Shown piece by piece: positions 1 through 9,000 of a stretch of DNA of 64,000 bases (within the stretch, counting starts at the first letter, position 1; each line of letters opens with the position of its first letter). Both the position numbers and the translations under genes were made by a program. The notes under the pieces are model-generated. The model saw only the letters and a list, made by a program, of their open reading frames with translations, had not been told where the DNA came from and did no database searches. Origin of the DNA: Thainema sp. (GTDB lineage Bacteria > Cyanobacteriota > Cyanobacteriia > Phormidesmidales > Phormidesmidaceae); NCBI GenBank assembly GCA_052168235.1, contig JBQLZK010000010.1, positions 32,001 through 96,000 on the forward strand, in the 5' to 3' direction.

Positions 1-380
1 CATCTTGGATTGATCCGCATCCTCTAGTTGTTTCAGAGGCGATGGTATCTGGAACACCCCCTATTTTGAGCGATCGCTGCGGTAACTGGGGCTATAGCGA
101 TACGGTACGCCATAAATACAATGGCCTGGTTTACCAGTGCGGTAAGGTAGACAGCTTGGTGGCAGCCATTCTTGAAATGACCGACACCGACACTCGCCAG
201 CGGTATAGCGATCGCTCCCAAGAAGTCTTCGGAGAACAAGATCTCTACTGTGAAGTCAACGCTTTTCTAGAAGTGATTGAACGCATTAAAGCCCAAAAGG
301 GACTGTTGTCAGTGCCCACGCTTACTACTAGCCCTTTGCCAGAGACCGTCACTCAGCAGATGCCTGCTGAAATGCCCTAG
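1..380 (+). CDS. Glycosyltransferase family 4, C-terminal part (runs off the left edge)
   Basis: Frame is open from base 3 and reads SWIDPHPLVVSEAMVSGTPPILSDRCG, the GT-B 'xxVxEAMxxGxPxIxSD' motif. It sits upstream of two more GT4 genes. Confidence 0.8.
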   Translation, partial: SWIDPHPLVVSEAMVSGTPPILSDRCGNWGYSDTVRHKYNGLVYQCGKVDSLVAAILEMTDTDTRQRYSDRSQEVFGEQDLYCEVNAFLEVIERIKAQKGLLSVPTLTTSPLPETVTQQMPAEMP

Positions 381-408
381 GCCCTGCTCGTACTGAGGTT
401 AACAAATC

Positions 409-1641
409 ATGAAAGTACTGATATCGGCCTATTCCTGCGAGCCCGGCAGGGGATCAGAACGGGGGGTAGGTTGGAACGTTGCTTATGAAGTGGCCAAACG
501 TAATGAGGTGTGGGTCTTAACCCGTCCTGATGAAAGTCAAGAGGCGATCGAAGCAGAGTTGGCGGCTAACCCTATGCCGAATCTGCACTTCGTCTATTTT
601 ACCCTACCTTTTTGGCAAGACAGTATGCGGCTAGGGCAGTCAGGGGCGATGCAGATTCACTACTATCTCTGGCAGATTCAAGCCTACTTTGTGGCACGTA
701 AGCTCCATCAAGAAATTGGCTTCGACATCGCCCATCATGTCACCTTTGTGAAATATTCAGCCCCTAGTCTCCTGTCTTTATTGCCGATTCCCTTTATTTG
801 GGGACCCGTCGGAGGTGGAGAGTCAGCCCCTCCCAAGTTTTGGAAAGACTTTAGCTTGCGGGCGCGGCTATACGAATGGGCACGTGACATTACCCGCAAT
901 ATCGGACAGCGTGATCCCTTAGTGGGGCTCACCATCCGTAACACTGCTGTAGTACGCGCCACGACGGACGATACGGCAAAACGCCTCTACCGGATGGGCG
1001 CAATAGATGTCCAAATTGTGCCAGAAGTAGGGCTGCTAGATGAAGAAATTGCAGCCTTGTACCAATTTCCATTGCCTGATTCGCAACCTGTGCGCTTTAT
1101 CAGCATGGGGCGATTGCTTCACTGGAAGGGGTTCCACTTGGGAATCCAGGCATTTGCCAGAGCTAGTTTGCCTGATGCGGAATACTGGCTCGTCGGGGAT
1201 GGCCCAGAATTGGCCAAGTTACAGCTGTTAGCTCAGGAACTTGGCGTGTCCTATCAGGTGAAATTTTGGGGACGGCTCCCCCGCGAAGAGACCCTGAAGC
1301 GCTTAGGAGAAAGCCATGTTTTAGTGCATCCTAGCCTGCATGATTCTGGAGGATGGGTTTGTATTGAAGCTATGGCATCCGGTCGTCCTGTGATTTGTTT
1401 AAATCTTGGTGGACCTGCTATCCAAGTCACTGAAAAAACAGGCTTTAAGGTGCCTGCTCAAGAGCCGGAGCAAGCGACCCAAGAGATGGCAACGGCAATG
1501 CAAAAGCTAGCGTACGATCCTGATTTACGGGTACAAATGGGACAGGCGGGCCGTCAACTAGTTGCAGACAACTTTAGCTGGAAAGTTGTTGGCAATCGCC
1601 TTAATTTACTGTACGAGGAAACTGTTAAATCAGAGCCCTAG
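409..1641 (+). CDS. Glycosyltransferase family 4
   Basis: 410 aa. N-terminus MKVLISAYSCEPGRGSE; GT-B motifs GRLLHWKG and HPSLHDSGGWVCIEAMASGRPVI. Confidence 0.93.
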   Translation: MKVLISAYSCEPGRGSERGVGWNVAYEVAKRNEVWVLTRPDESQEAIEAELAANPMPNLHFVYFTLPFWQDSMRLGQSGAMQIHYYLWQIQAYFVARKLHQEIGFDIAHHVTFVKYSAPSLLSLLPIPFIWGPVGGGESAPPKFWKDFSLRARLYEWARDITRNIGQRDPLVGLTIRNTAVVRATTDDTAKRLYRMGAIDVQIVPEVGLLDEEIAALYQFPLPDSQPVRFISMGRLLHWKGFHLGIQAFARASLPDAEYWLVGDGPELAKLQLLAQELGVSYQVKFWGRLPREETLKRLGESHVLVHPSLHDSGGWVCIEAMASGRPVICLNLGGPAIQVTEKTGFKVPAQEPEQATQEMATAMQKLAYDPDLRVQMGQAGRQLVADNFSWKVVGNRLNLLYEETVKSEP

Positions 1642-1791
1642 TGTGCTTAAGCAATAGTGCTATAAGAACCTTCCTAAAAACTGAAAGAACTTAATTTGTT
1701 ATCTTTAAGCTTACATGTAGAGCCTGAGCTTAATTATCCAATATCAGTCACGGCGAAGCACTATATTTTATGGCCCTGAGAGTTATTTACT

Positions 1792-2925
1792 ATGCGTGTG
1801 TTGATTCCTGCCCTGCATCGACCGACTAAACCCACAGGGGTTTGTAGGCACGCGGTTAATCTGGCTCAATGCTTAGCATCTACTCATCAGGTTAGCCAGG
1901 TTACGCTTTTAATCGGACAATGGCAACATGACTATTTTGAGCAAGCTTTCAACCTAACGTCTCCTAAAATTCACATTCAAAGCGTTGATATTCAGAATAC
2001 TTCCCTGGCTAGAAATCGTTGGTTTATGTTTGGATTGCCCAAAATAGCAAGTCAACTAAAACCTGATTTAATTCATATGTCCTTTCCCTTTCCCTTTATA
2101 CGGGCATGGCTTAAGGTTCCAGTAATATCCACTATTCATGATTTATACCCTTACGAATGTCCAGAGAACTTTGGATATCCCCAAGTTTGGTTCAACCAAC
2201 TCTTTCTCCAACAATGCGTTCAAGAAAGTGATGGTTTAGTATGCGTGTCTAAATGCACACTAGAAGTGCTAAAGTCCTACTTCCCGCAGGTTAAAGATGT
2301 TAAATCTACAGCGGTGATTTATAACATTGTAGATTTTGAGGGAATCGCTTCGAAAAGACCTGCAGCATTAGAGGATACTTTTGATATCCACTTTCTCCTT
2401 TCCGTAGCCCAGCACCGAAAAAATAAAAATTTGGACTTGCTCATTCAAGTCTACAGTCAACTTCTTCAGAATGGTCGGTTAAAACCTAATACTCAACTAT
2501 TGCTCGTTGGTAGTTCAGGACCGGAAACAGAGTATTTGCAGGCGTTAGTGCAGACTTTAAAACTGGTTGAACAAGTTAAATTTTTGTCCGGCCTTGAAGA
2601 CGGAGAATTACGCTGGCTATATGAGTTTGCAGATCTGTTTGTCATTCCTTCCTCAACAGAGGGATTCTGTTTACCTTTGGTGGAAGCTTTAACCTTAGCC
2701 TGTCCAGCAGTCTGTTCAGATATTCCTATTTTTCAAGAAGTAGGTGCTTTAAGATGTCGTTACTTTCAGCTAGAGGGGGATCGCAGCCATAATTTAGCAG
2801 AAGCAATTCTTGCTGGGCTTAATATTAGCAACCGCCGAGACATGCCGACAGATTTGAGATTTTCCAGGACTGAGGTTGCTCAGCAGCTAATTAATTTTTA
2901 TCAATCTCATCTAAATTGTGGTTGA
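1792..2925 (+). CDS. Glycosyltransferase family 4 (MtfB/WbaZ-like)
   Basis: 377 aa. Motifs TIHDL, HRKNKNL and PSSTEGFCLPLVEALTLACPAVCSDIPIFQEV. Confidence 0.92.
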   Translation: MRVLIPALHRPTKPTGVCRHAVNLAQCLASTHQVSQVTLLIGQWQHDYFEQAFNLTSPKIHIQSVDIQNTSLARNRWFMFGLPKIASQLKPDLIHMSFPFPFIRAWLKVPVISTIHDLYPYECPENFGYPQVWFNQLFLQQCVQESDGLVCVSKCTLEVLKSYFPQVKDVKSTAVIYNIVDFEGIASKRPAALEDTFDIHFLLSVAQHRKNKNLDLLIQVYSQLLQNGRLKPNTQLLLVGSSGPETEYLQALVQTLKLVEQVKFLSGLEDGELRWLYEFADLFVIPSSTEGFCLPLVEALTLACPAVCSDIPIFQEVGALRCRYFQLEGDRSHNLAEAILAGLNISNRRDMPTDLRFSRTEVAQQLINFYQSHLNCG

Positions 2926-3007
2926 GTGACTTTCATAAATCCCCTTTAAAGCATGGAACTATGATTTGAAGTTATTTATGTATCTGAGAGAGTAGTCATT
3001 AACTATC

Positions 3008-4408
3008 ATGCAACGCCATCTTGAGACAAATTCATATATTAGAAAGCGTAAAAGGGTCAATCAAATCAACAATTCAGCGCTTATTCTGATGGCGTTTGCA
3101 ACCGCTTTTTTCCCTCGATTTTTGTCTTCATTGGGAGCACCTTCAATTATTAATTTTGTTCATTTTGGAACAATTCCAGGTGCTTTTTTTGTAGCCTTGC
3201 TGACCACACAAACACGCAATCAGCAGAGAGTCAAGGTCATTTGGGAATTATTGGGAGGGATCTTAATATTTCTTGTTTGTCTCATATTTAGCGGATTGCT
3301 CAATAACGCGGGAATAGTCAATATCTTTTTACAATTTATGTTTCAGGCCGAGCCTTTTATGCTCTTAGTGGCCATCATCGCAGTTCCCTTACATGGAGAA
3401 AAATTTAAGCGATTTCAGTATTGGCTTTTGGGCTTTGCCGCATCTAACCTCTTGTTAGCGATCGCACAAGCAGTCTTGATGCCAACTGGAATTTATCCTA
3501 AACCTAAAGGAGGCACCCTAGCAGATAACATTGTCGGTGTTTTTGGCGGCGGCGGTGGCAGTGCTGCCAACTATGTTTCTTGTACAGTATCCATTTTCTT
3601 TGGCCTTTACTTCTTTAATAGATTTAAAGACTTACCTTTATGGGCAAGAGCTTTACCGCTATTAGGTGCCCTCTATCAAACTCAAGCCTCCGATTCAAAG
3701 CAAGTGTTTTTGGCATTAGTTTTAGGTTGGATGGTCTTAAGCATTACCCAGTTTGAAAAACCTGGCCGATTATTTGCATATGTCTCCATCGGATTAATAG
3801 GAATCTTAGTCTTTTCCTGGGCTTTATTTAATGTAGAAGCAGAATTTTTGGCCCCTTACCAAAATTGGGTAAATCGGCCTATTTGGGGTTGGGATGGACT
3901 CGCTGCTCAAACCAAATTTGCTGCTTTTTATCTTGTCCCTCCTCACTTTGAAAGTCCCCTCAATTGGCTTTTTGGTCTAGGTCCAGGCCATACAGTGACT
4001 CGTCTAGGTGGATGGTTTTTAAATCGAGACAAAGCTTTGCAAAGCCTTCTAATGCCTTTAGGTGCAACCATTCATCCAGTGTCGTTAGAAGTCTGGGGTA
4101 TTGTTGACACTAGTTTCCTACCCCAAGAGTCCACTGTGTACTTCCCCTTGTTTACCTGGGCTGGTATGTGGGGAGATATTGGCTTTGCTGGGATAGGCGC
4201 TTACTTATATTTATGCTCAATTGTTTGGAGAAAAATTTGTGTGGATGACTTCGGCAAATTTCTCATGTTATCTACCTTTAGTTTTGGCTGGATTCTCACT
4301 CAAATGGAAGAACCAGGCCATATGCTGACAGTAGCTTGCTTACTTGCATCGAGATGGCAGGAACACCAGGCAGAGCGTTCTTCTAATAGCTTGCTTTTGA
4401 AAGATTAA
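3008..4408 (+). CDS. Polytopic membrane protein, probable Wzy-like polysaccharide polymerase/ligase
   Basis: 466 aa with many hydrophobic segments. A loop contains LFGLGPG, followed by a GDIGFAGIG helix, as in Wzy_C proteins. Lies in a glycosyltransferase cluster. Confidence 0.6.
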   Translation: MQRHLETNSYIRKRKRVNQINNSALILMAFATAFFPRFLSSLGAPSIINFVHFGTIPGAFFVALLTTQTRNQQRVKVIWELLGGILIFLVCLIFSGLLNNAGIVNIFLQFMFQAEPFMLLVAIIAVPLHGEKFKRFQYWLLGFAASNLLLAIAQAVLMPTGIYPKPKGGTLADNIVGVFGGGGGSAANYVSCTVSIFFGLYFFNRFKDLPLWARALPLLGALYQTQASDSKQVFLALVLGWMVLSITQFEKPGRLFAYVSIGLIGILVFSWALFNVEAEFLAPYQNWVNRPIWGWDGLAAQTKFAAFYLVPPHFESPLNWLFGLGPGHTVTRLGGWFLNRDKALQSLLMPLGATIHPVSLEVWGIVDTSFLPQESTVYFPLFTWAGMWGDIGFAGIGAYLYLCSIVWRKICVDDFGKFLMLSTFSFGWILTQMEEPGHMLTVACLLASRWQEHQAERSSNSLLLKD

Positions 4409-4829
4409 CTCCTTAAAAAAATGCTCAGAACGCTGGTTCAGCATAGCTAGAGTCTTGTATTTTTAATGGTAAGCCTATAAAACTTGTTGATTATAATGTC
4501 ACTTATATCCATTTTTTAAAGTAAGACTACAAAACTCATATTTTCAAAGCCTCTCTCAGAGTAGAAGAGGAGTTTTAGGACGAGGATAAAATATAGCGAC
4601 TTAAACAAGAATTAAGATAGCTTTTCTAGAGAGAGTTAGGACGTTGGTTATGTATGGGGATATAGGGCCACGGTCTCAGTCAGGAGTGAAATGTCTATAC
4701 CTCATGTTCTGACTAACTCTTCTAATGCTATATAATTCCAAATTTCTCAGTTAAAGCTATAGACACTCTCTTCAACTTCACTTAGCTAGTGTCTAAACTA
4801 AGGTGTTCTCTAGAAATAAATTTCCCATT

Positions 4830-4910
4830 ATAGGTTGGTGCCAAGAAACGAGACCCAACAGGCTCAAATCCTTATGTTGCTGGGTTTCCTAACGTCAACC
4901 GCAATTTACG
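4830..4910. repeat. Degenerate REP-like doublet (TAGGTTGG...ACCCAAC / TGGGTTTC...CAACC type)
   Basis: Two imperfect palindromes in inverted orientation, resembling the cyanobacterial GTAGGTTGGG...AAACCCAAC repeats. Confidence 0.45.
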
Positions 4911-5123
4911 CTACACATTTTTTGGGTAATTTCTTTTTCAGAGATGTCCTAGCTATAAGTTAAGCCTACTTAAAATCAAGGATTAAAAGAAGTTCAAGGC
5001 AACTATTGCATTAAATTTAGATTTCTTAGAGCTTTAGCCAAAGAAATCGCGGTAGGGTAGGGTAGGGTTACAGTTTTTAGGATTGATTAGAAAAGCCCCT
5101 GCTTTGAAATTTCTAAAGGTACT

Positions 5124-8100
5124 ATGACAACTTATTATGTTTCAGTAACAGGCATTGATGCCCCAGATCGCGATGGTTTATCTTGGGAAACTGCTTGGAA
5201 CTCTTTGGCTTATGCTAGCGATCGCGTATCTGCCGGCAATCACACCATTCAATTAGGGTCTGGAACCTTCATTGCAACAGAAACCGCACGTCCTCAAAGT
5301 GGCATTACGATCGCTGGGATGAGACGGGACGGAGAAACCAGAACAGAAATTCTCGCTACGTCTGACTGGAGCCTATCGTCCGATCCGAGAGACGGAACGG
5401 TTGCGCTGAATGAGTATTTAATTACCTTACAAAATGTTCAAGATATTACTATTCGAGATTTAACTCTGGCTTCCCACCCAGAACAGCGGATTACAGGGGG
5501 AGTTTATGGCGCAGCGGTAGATAACGTTGCAGTTGAGAGAACGGCAATTAAGGATTTTCGTTGGGCCGGGTTACAATTTGAGCTTTCAGAGAACCTAAAT
5601 ATTCGTAATAACTATATTGAAAATGCAAGTACTGAGAAATTTGGGTATACCAATGGTTTAATAAGTACCCGTTATATTAAAAACTCAGAGATTAGCCATA
5701 ACACTATTATTTCTACAGTTGAGCGAGGTTATGGCTATAAAGGGGCAGGCCATGAAAATGTTCGGATTGTCAATAATATTTTTAATCTAGAGCGTGGTTT
5801 TGCCATTGAATCTGCTCATGACAATGAATTTGGCGTAGAAATTGCATATAACTTTGCCAACCAAACCATTTCAATTCCAAAAGGTGGACAAGGAGCTGAT
5901 CCTGCCAATCGAGGATATGAATACTCATTTTGGATTCATCATAATCTTTTGACAGATAGTTATACCTTTGAAGGCCCCCGGAATCATCTACGGATTAGCC
6001 ATAACTATGTTCGTACTGATAGCACTGGAGGGAATTTTTATACTCACCATGGAGGAATTAATAATGGCCCTATTTGGATTCACAAAAATGTAATAGAAAA
6101 CGTTGATCGCGGTCTCATTTGGATGAATCAGGGACTTGCTGAAAATATTTATGTTTATCACAATACTGTTACTCTGGCAGATGCTGGCGATCGCGCTGGT
6201 GCAATTTTAACGGCCCCAAATCGGGAAGGTTTGGGTGAAAGCCTCAATAACTGGGTTGCACACAACAACATCTTTATTGCTCCTGAGAGTCAGCCTAGAG
6301 CCTTATTTCCTGATAATGGAGTGGGGAGCAAAATTACTGCAACCAATAATATCTTTCTAAATGTGACTGATATCCCAGAAGGGAATTATGTTGATGCTGA
6401 TCCAGGTTTTCTAAACACAGGCGATCGCCCCTGGCCCTTTTATACACCATCAACCTTAGAGAGCCTCATGGTTGATTCAGGTATAGATGTAGGGTTACCT
6501 TTCTCAGGGAGTGCCCCTGATATTGGCGCTTATGAATTAGGGGACGACAGTCCTTTTCCTATCCACGTCGACTTGCTCGATATCGAAACATTAATCAATG
6601 GCAATAAAGCTGATTTGCCTAATCTAGCCGTTCCAGTAGCTGCTGGCGAAGTCCTAACCTGGACCTATCAAATCACCAACTTAGGAACCACCATTTTTAG
6701 GGCTGCAGATCTGACTATTCTGGATGAGCAAGGATTAGTCCCCTTATTAGATGAGACTAGTGATGCCAACAATGATGGCTTGCTCCTGCCTGGTGAAACC
6801 TGGATTTATACAGCTAGTGATACGGCAAAAGATCTAACTACTATGGGAGACGGTAGCGCCACCTATCGCAAGGTTGGTAGCGTCATAGCAACTCGTAATC
6901 TCGAAGGCTTAATCGGTGCCGACACAAATGGTCACTTAGTGGCAACAGATGCTGGTTACTATCGAAACCCCTTTGAAGTTGGCTTACTTTTTAGCCTCAG
7001 TACCGACACCACTTTACAAGGACTTACGATTGCTGACGAAGATATTGTGCAGTATGACGGTAATCAGTTGTCTAAGTTTTTCGATGGGTCTGATGTTGGT
7101 TTAGAAACTGTAGAAATCAGTGCTTTTGATGTCATTAGTGAAAATGAAATTTTGCTGTCCTTTATGGAAACCATCACTCTAACAGGGGTAGGGACAGTTG
7201 AAGCAACCGACATTGTGAAGTTTACGGCATCTAGCCTGGGCGAGGTTACAGCAGGGACGTTTAGTTTGTATCTAGATGGTAGCGATGTTGGCTTAACGAG
7301 AAGTGGAGAGAATATTGATGCCTTAACTCAATTGCCAAACGGTTCTCTCCTAATTTCTACAAAAGGAGGGATAAAGGTTGCAGGAATGAGTGGTGCAGAT
7401 GAGGATGTTTTTCAATTTATTCCAACTTCATTGGGGGCAGATACTAAAGGTAGCTGGGTCTTTTTTTTTGATGGCAGTGATCTGGGGCTGGCAGACACTA
7501 ATGGTGAAGATATTGATGCAATAGGGATAACTGAAACAGGCCAATTTCTCCTCTCAACTACTGGCTCGTTTCAGGTACAGGGTCTATCCGGTGAAGATGA
7601 GGATGTTGCTGTTTTAACTATGTCCTCAATGGGCAATAATTCAGTTGGCAGCTTTGATCCAGCTCTATTTTTAGAGGGTAGCGAATTAGATATTCTAGGG
7701 GATATTTCAGGGCTGGATTATCTCAACCTGTCAGCAGGGCCGAACAGTAACACGATTCCCGATGCTCAAGATGATATTGCCGCAACAACTGAGGCGGCCC
7801 AACTTTTAATCGATGTGTTATCAAACGACGAAGATGCAGACGCTGACCTGCTCACAGTTAGCGCCATTAATGGGTCATCCACGGTGCCTAATACGACTCT
7901 GGCATTGGCCTCTGGTGCTTTAGTGACGGTTAATGCGGACGGCACCTTACTGTATAACCCTAATGCTCAATTTGCTCCTCTGGAGGAAGGGCAGACTGCT
8001 AGCGATACGTTTAGCTATACCGCCAATGATGGTAAAGGGGGGGAGAGTACAGCGACTGTCCTGGTCACTATTCTCGGAGTCGGCAATACGGCTAACCGCA

Positions 8101-8885
8101 GTCCTCTGGCAATAATGGATAGCGTGACAACGGATGAAGATAGAGTTCTGAATGGCAATGTTCTGTTGGACAACGGGAGTGGTTCGGATAGCGATCCAGA
8201 TGGAGATTTTTTGACGGTAGTTGCGATGAATGGAGATGAGACCGCGATCGCCCTGCCAACCCTGTTACCATCGGGAGCGTTGTTGATCCTGAATGTAGAC
8301 GGCACCTTTAACTATGATCCTCAGGGGGTGTACGAGGCTTTAGAAACTGGTGAAGTCGCCATAGACCGTTTTGATTACACCCTCAGTGATGGTCGTGGTG
8401 GCTTCAGTACGGCTACTGTAACGGTTGAAATAGTGGGGTTAGACGAGGCGATCGCCCCGATACGGTGGGAAGCGGAAGCCAGCCCTGACATTGTGAATTA
8501 TCGAACAGAAAATATTAGCGTGGCCTCTGGAGGACAAGTCCTGAGCTTATTTAAGCAGGGGAGTGATGAAGTAGGGCGTGCCTCGTTCGCATTTAATGCC
8601 CTGGCTGGTACCTACGACATCAAGATAGGCGCTTTTGATGAAGAGGATGGGTTAGCCCAATTCCAACTGCAGTTCTGGGATGCGGAAACCAATATTTCAA
8701 CTGATTTAGGGACGTTAACCCTCTCTAGTCAATTAGGGAGTAATGTACCCAATACCCAGACCTTGGTCGAGATCCTGGGAGCTAGCGCTATAAACTTCAC
8801 CCTGGGCGATCGCTTACTCATTACGGCCTTTGAACAAGGAAGCGAACACGCTCGGTTGGATTACATCGAACTCATTCCTGTGTAG
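5124..8885 (+). CDS. Large surface protein: right-handed beta-helix, FDGSDVGL repeats, two cadherin/Ig-like repeats and a C-terminal CBM-like domain
   Basis: 1253 aa. N-terminus TTYYVSVTG...AWNSLAYA and Asn-rich beta-helix ending PDIGAYE. FFDGSDVGL-type repeats, two NDxDxDxDxLTV...DxFxYTxxDGxGG repeats, and C-terminal WEAE...ARLDYIELIPV. Confidence 0.8.
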   Translation: MTTYYVSVTGIDAPDRDGLSWETAWNSLAYASDRVSAGNHTIQLGSGTFIATETARPQSGITIAGMRRDGETRTEILATSDWSLSSDPRDGTVALNEYLITLQNVQDITIRDLTLASHPEQRITGGVYGAAVDNVAVERTAIKDFRWAGLQFELSENLNIRNNYIENASTEKFGYTNGLISTRYIKNSEISHNTIISTVERGYGYKGAGHENVRIVNNIFNLERGFAIESAHDNEFGVEIAYNFANQTISIPKGGQGADPANRGYEYSFWIHHNLLTDSYTFEGPRNHLRISHNYVRTDSTGGNFYTHHGGINNGPIWIHKNVIENVDRGLIWMNQGLAENIYVYHNTVTLADAGDRAGAILTAPNREGLGESLNNWVAHNNIFIAPESQPRALFPDNGVGSKITATNNIFLNVTDIPEGNYVDADPGFLNTGDRPWPFYTPSTLESLMVDSGIDVGLPFSGSAPDIGAYELGDDSPFPIHVDLLDIETLINGNKADLPNLAVPVAAGEVLTWTYQITNLGTTIFRAADLTILDEQGLVPLLDETSDANNDGLLLPGETWIYTASDTAKDLTTMGDGSATYRKVGSVIATRNLEGLIGADTNGHLVATDAGYYRNPFEVGLLFSLSTDTTLQGLTIADEDIVQYDGNQLSKFFDGSDVGLETVEISAFDVISENEILLSFMETITLTGVGTVEATDIVKFTASSLGEVTAGTFSLYLDGSDVGLTRSGENIDALTQLPNGSLLISTKGGIKVAGMSGADEDVFQFIPTSLGADTKGSWVFFFDGSDLGLADTNGEDIDAIGITETGQFLLSTTGSFQVQGLSGEDEDVAVLTMSSMGNNSVGSFDPALFLEGSELDILGDISGLDYLNLSAGPNSNTIPDAQDDIAATTEAAQLLIDVLSNDEDADADLLTVSAINGSSTVPNTTLALASGALVTVNADGTLLYNPNAQFAPLEEGQTASDTFSYTANDGKGGESTATVLVTILGVGNTANRSPLAIMDSVTTDEDRVLNGNVLLDNGSGSDSDPDGDFLTVVAMNGDETAIALPTLLPSGALLILNVDGTFNYDPQGVYEALETGEVAIDRFDYTLSDGRGGFSTATVTVEIVGLDEAIAPIRWEAEASPDIVNYRTENISVASGGQVLSLFKQGSDEVGRASFAFNALAGTYDIKIGAFDEEDGLAQFQLQFWDAETNISTDLGTLTLSSQLGSNVPNTQTLVEILGASAINFTLGDRLLITAFEQGSEHARLDYIELIPV

Positions 8886-9000
8886 GCACTTGCCCAGGTA
8901 GAGAACATTCTCTTGCTGTCCACCTACTGACAACAAAAAAATAGCGGTACCTAAATCAGCACCGCTATTGCCTATTGTCTGGAAACCAAAGTATGAGGAA

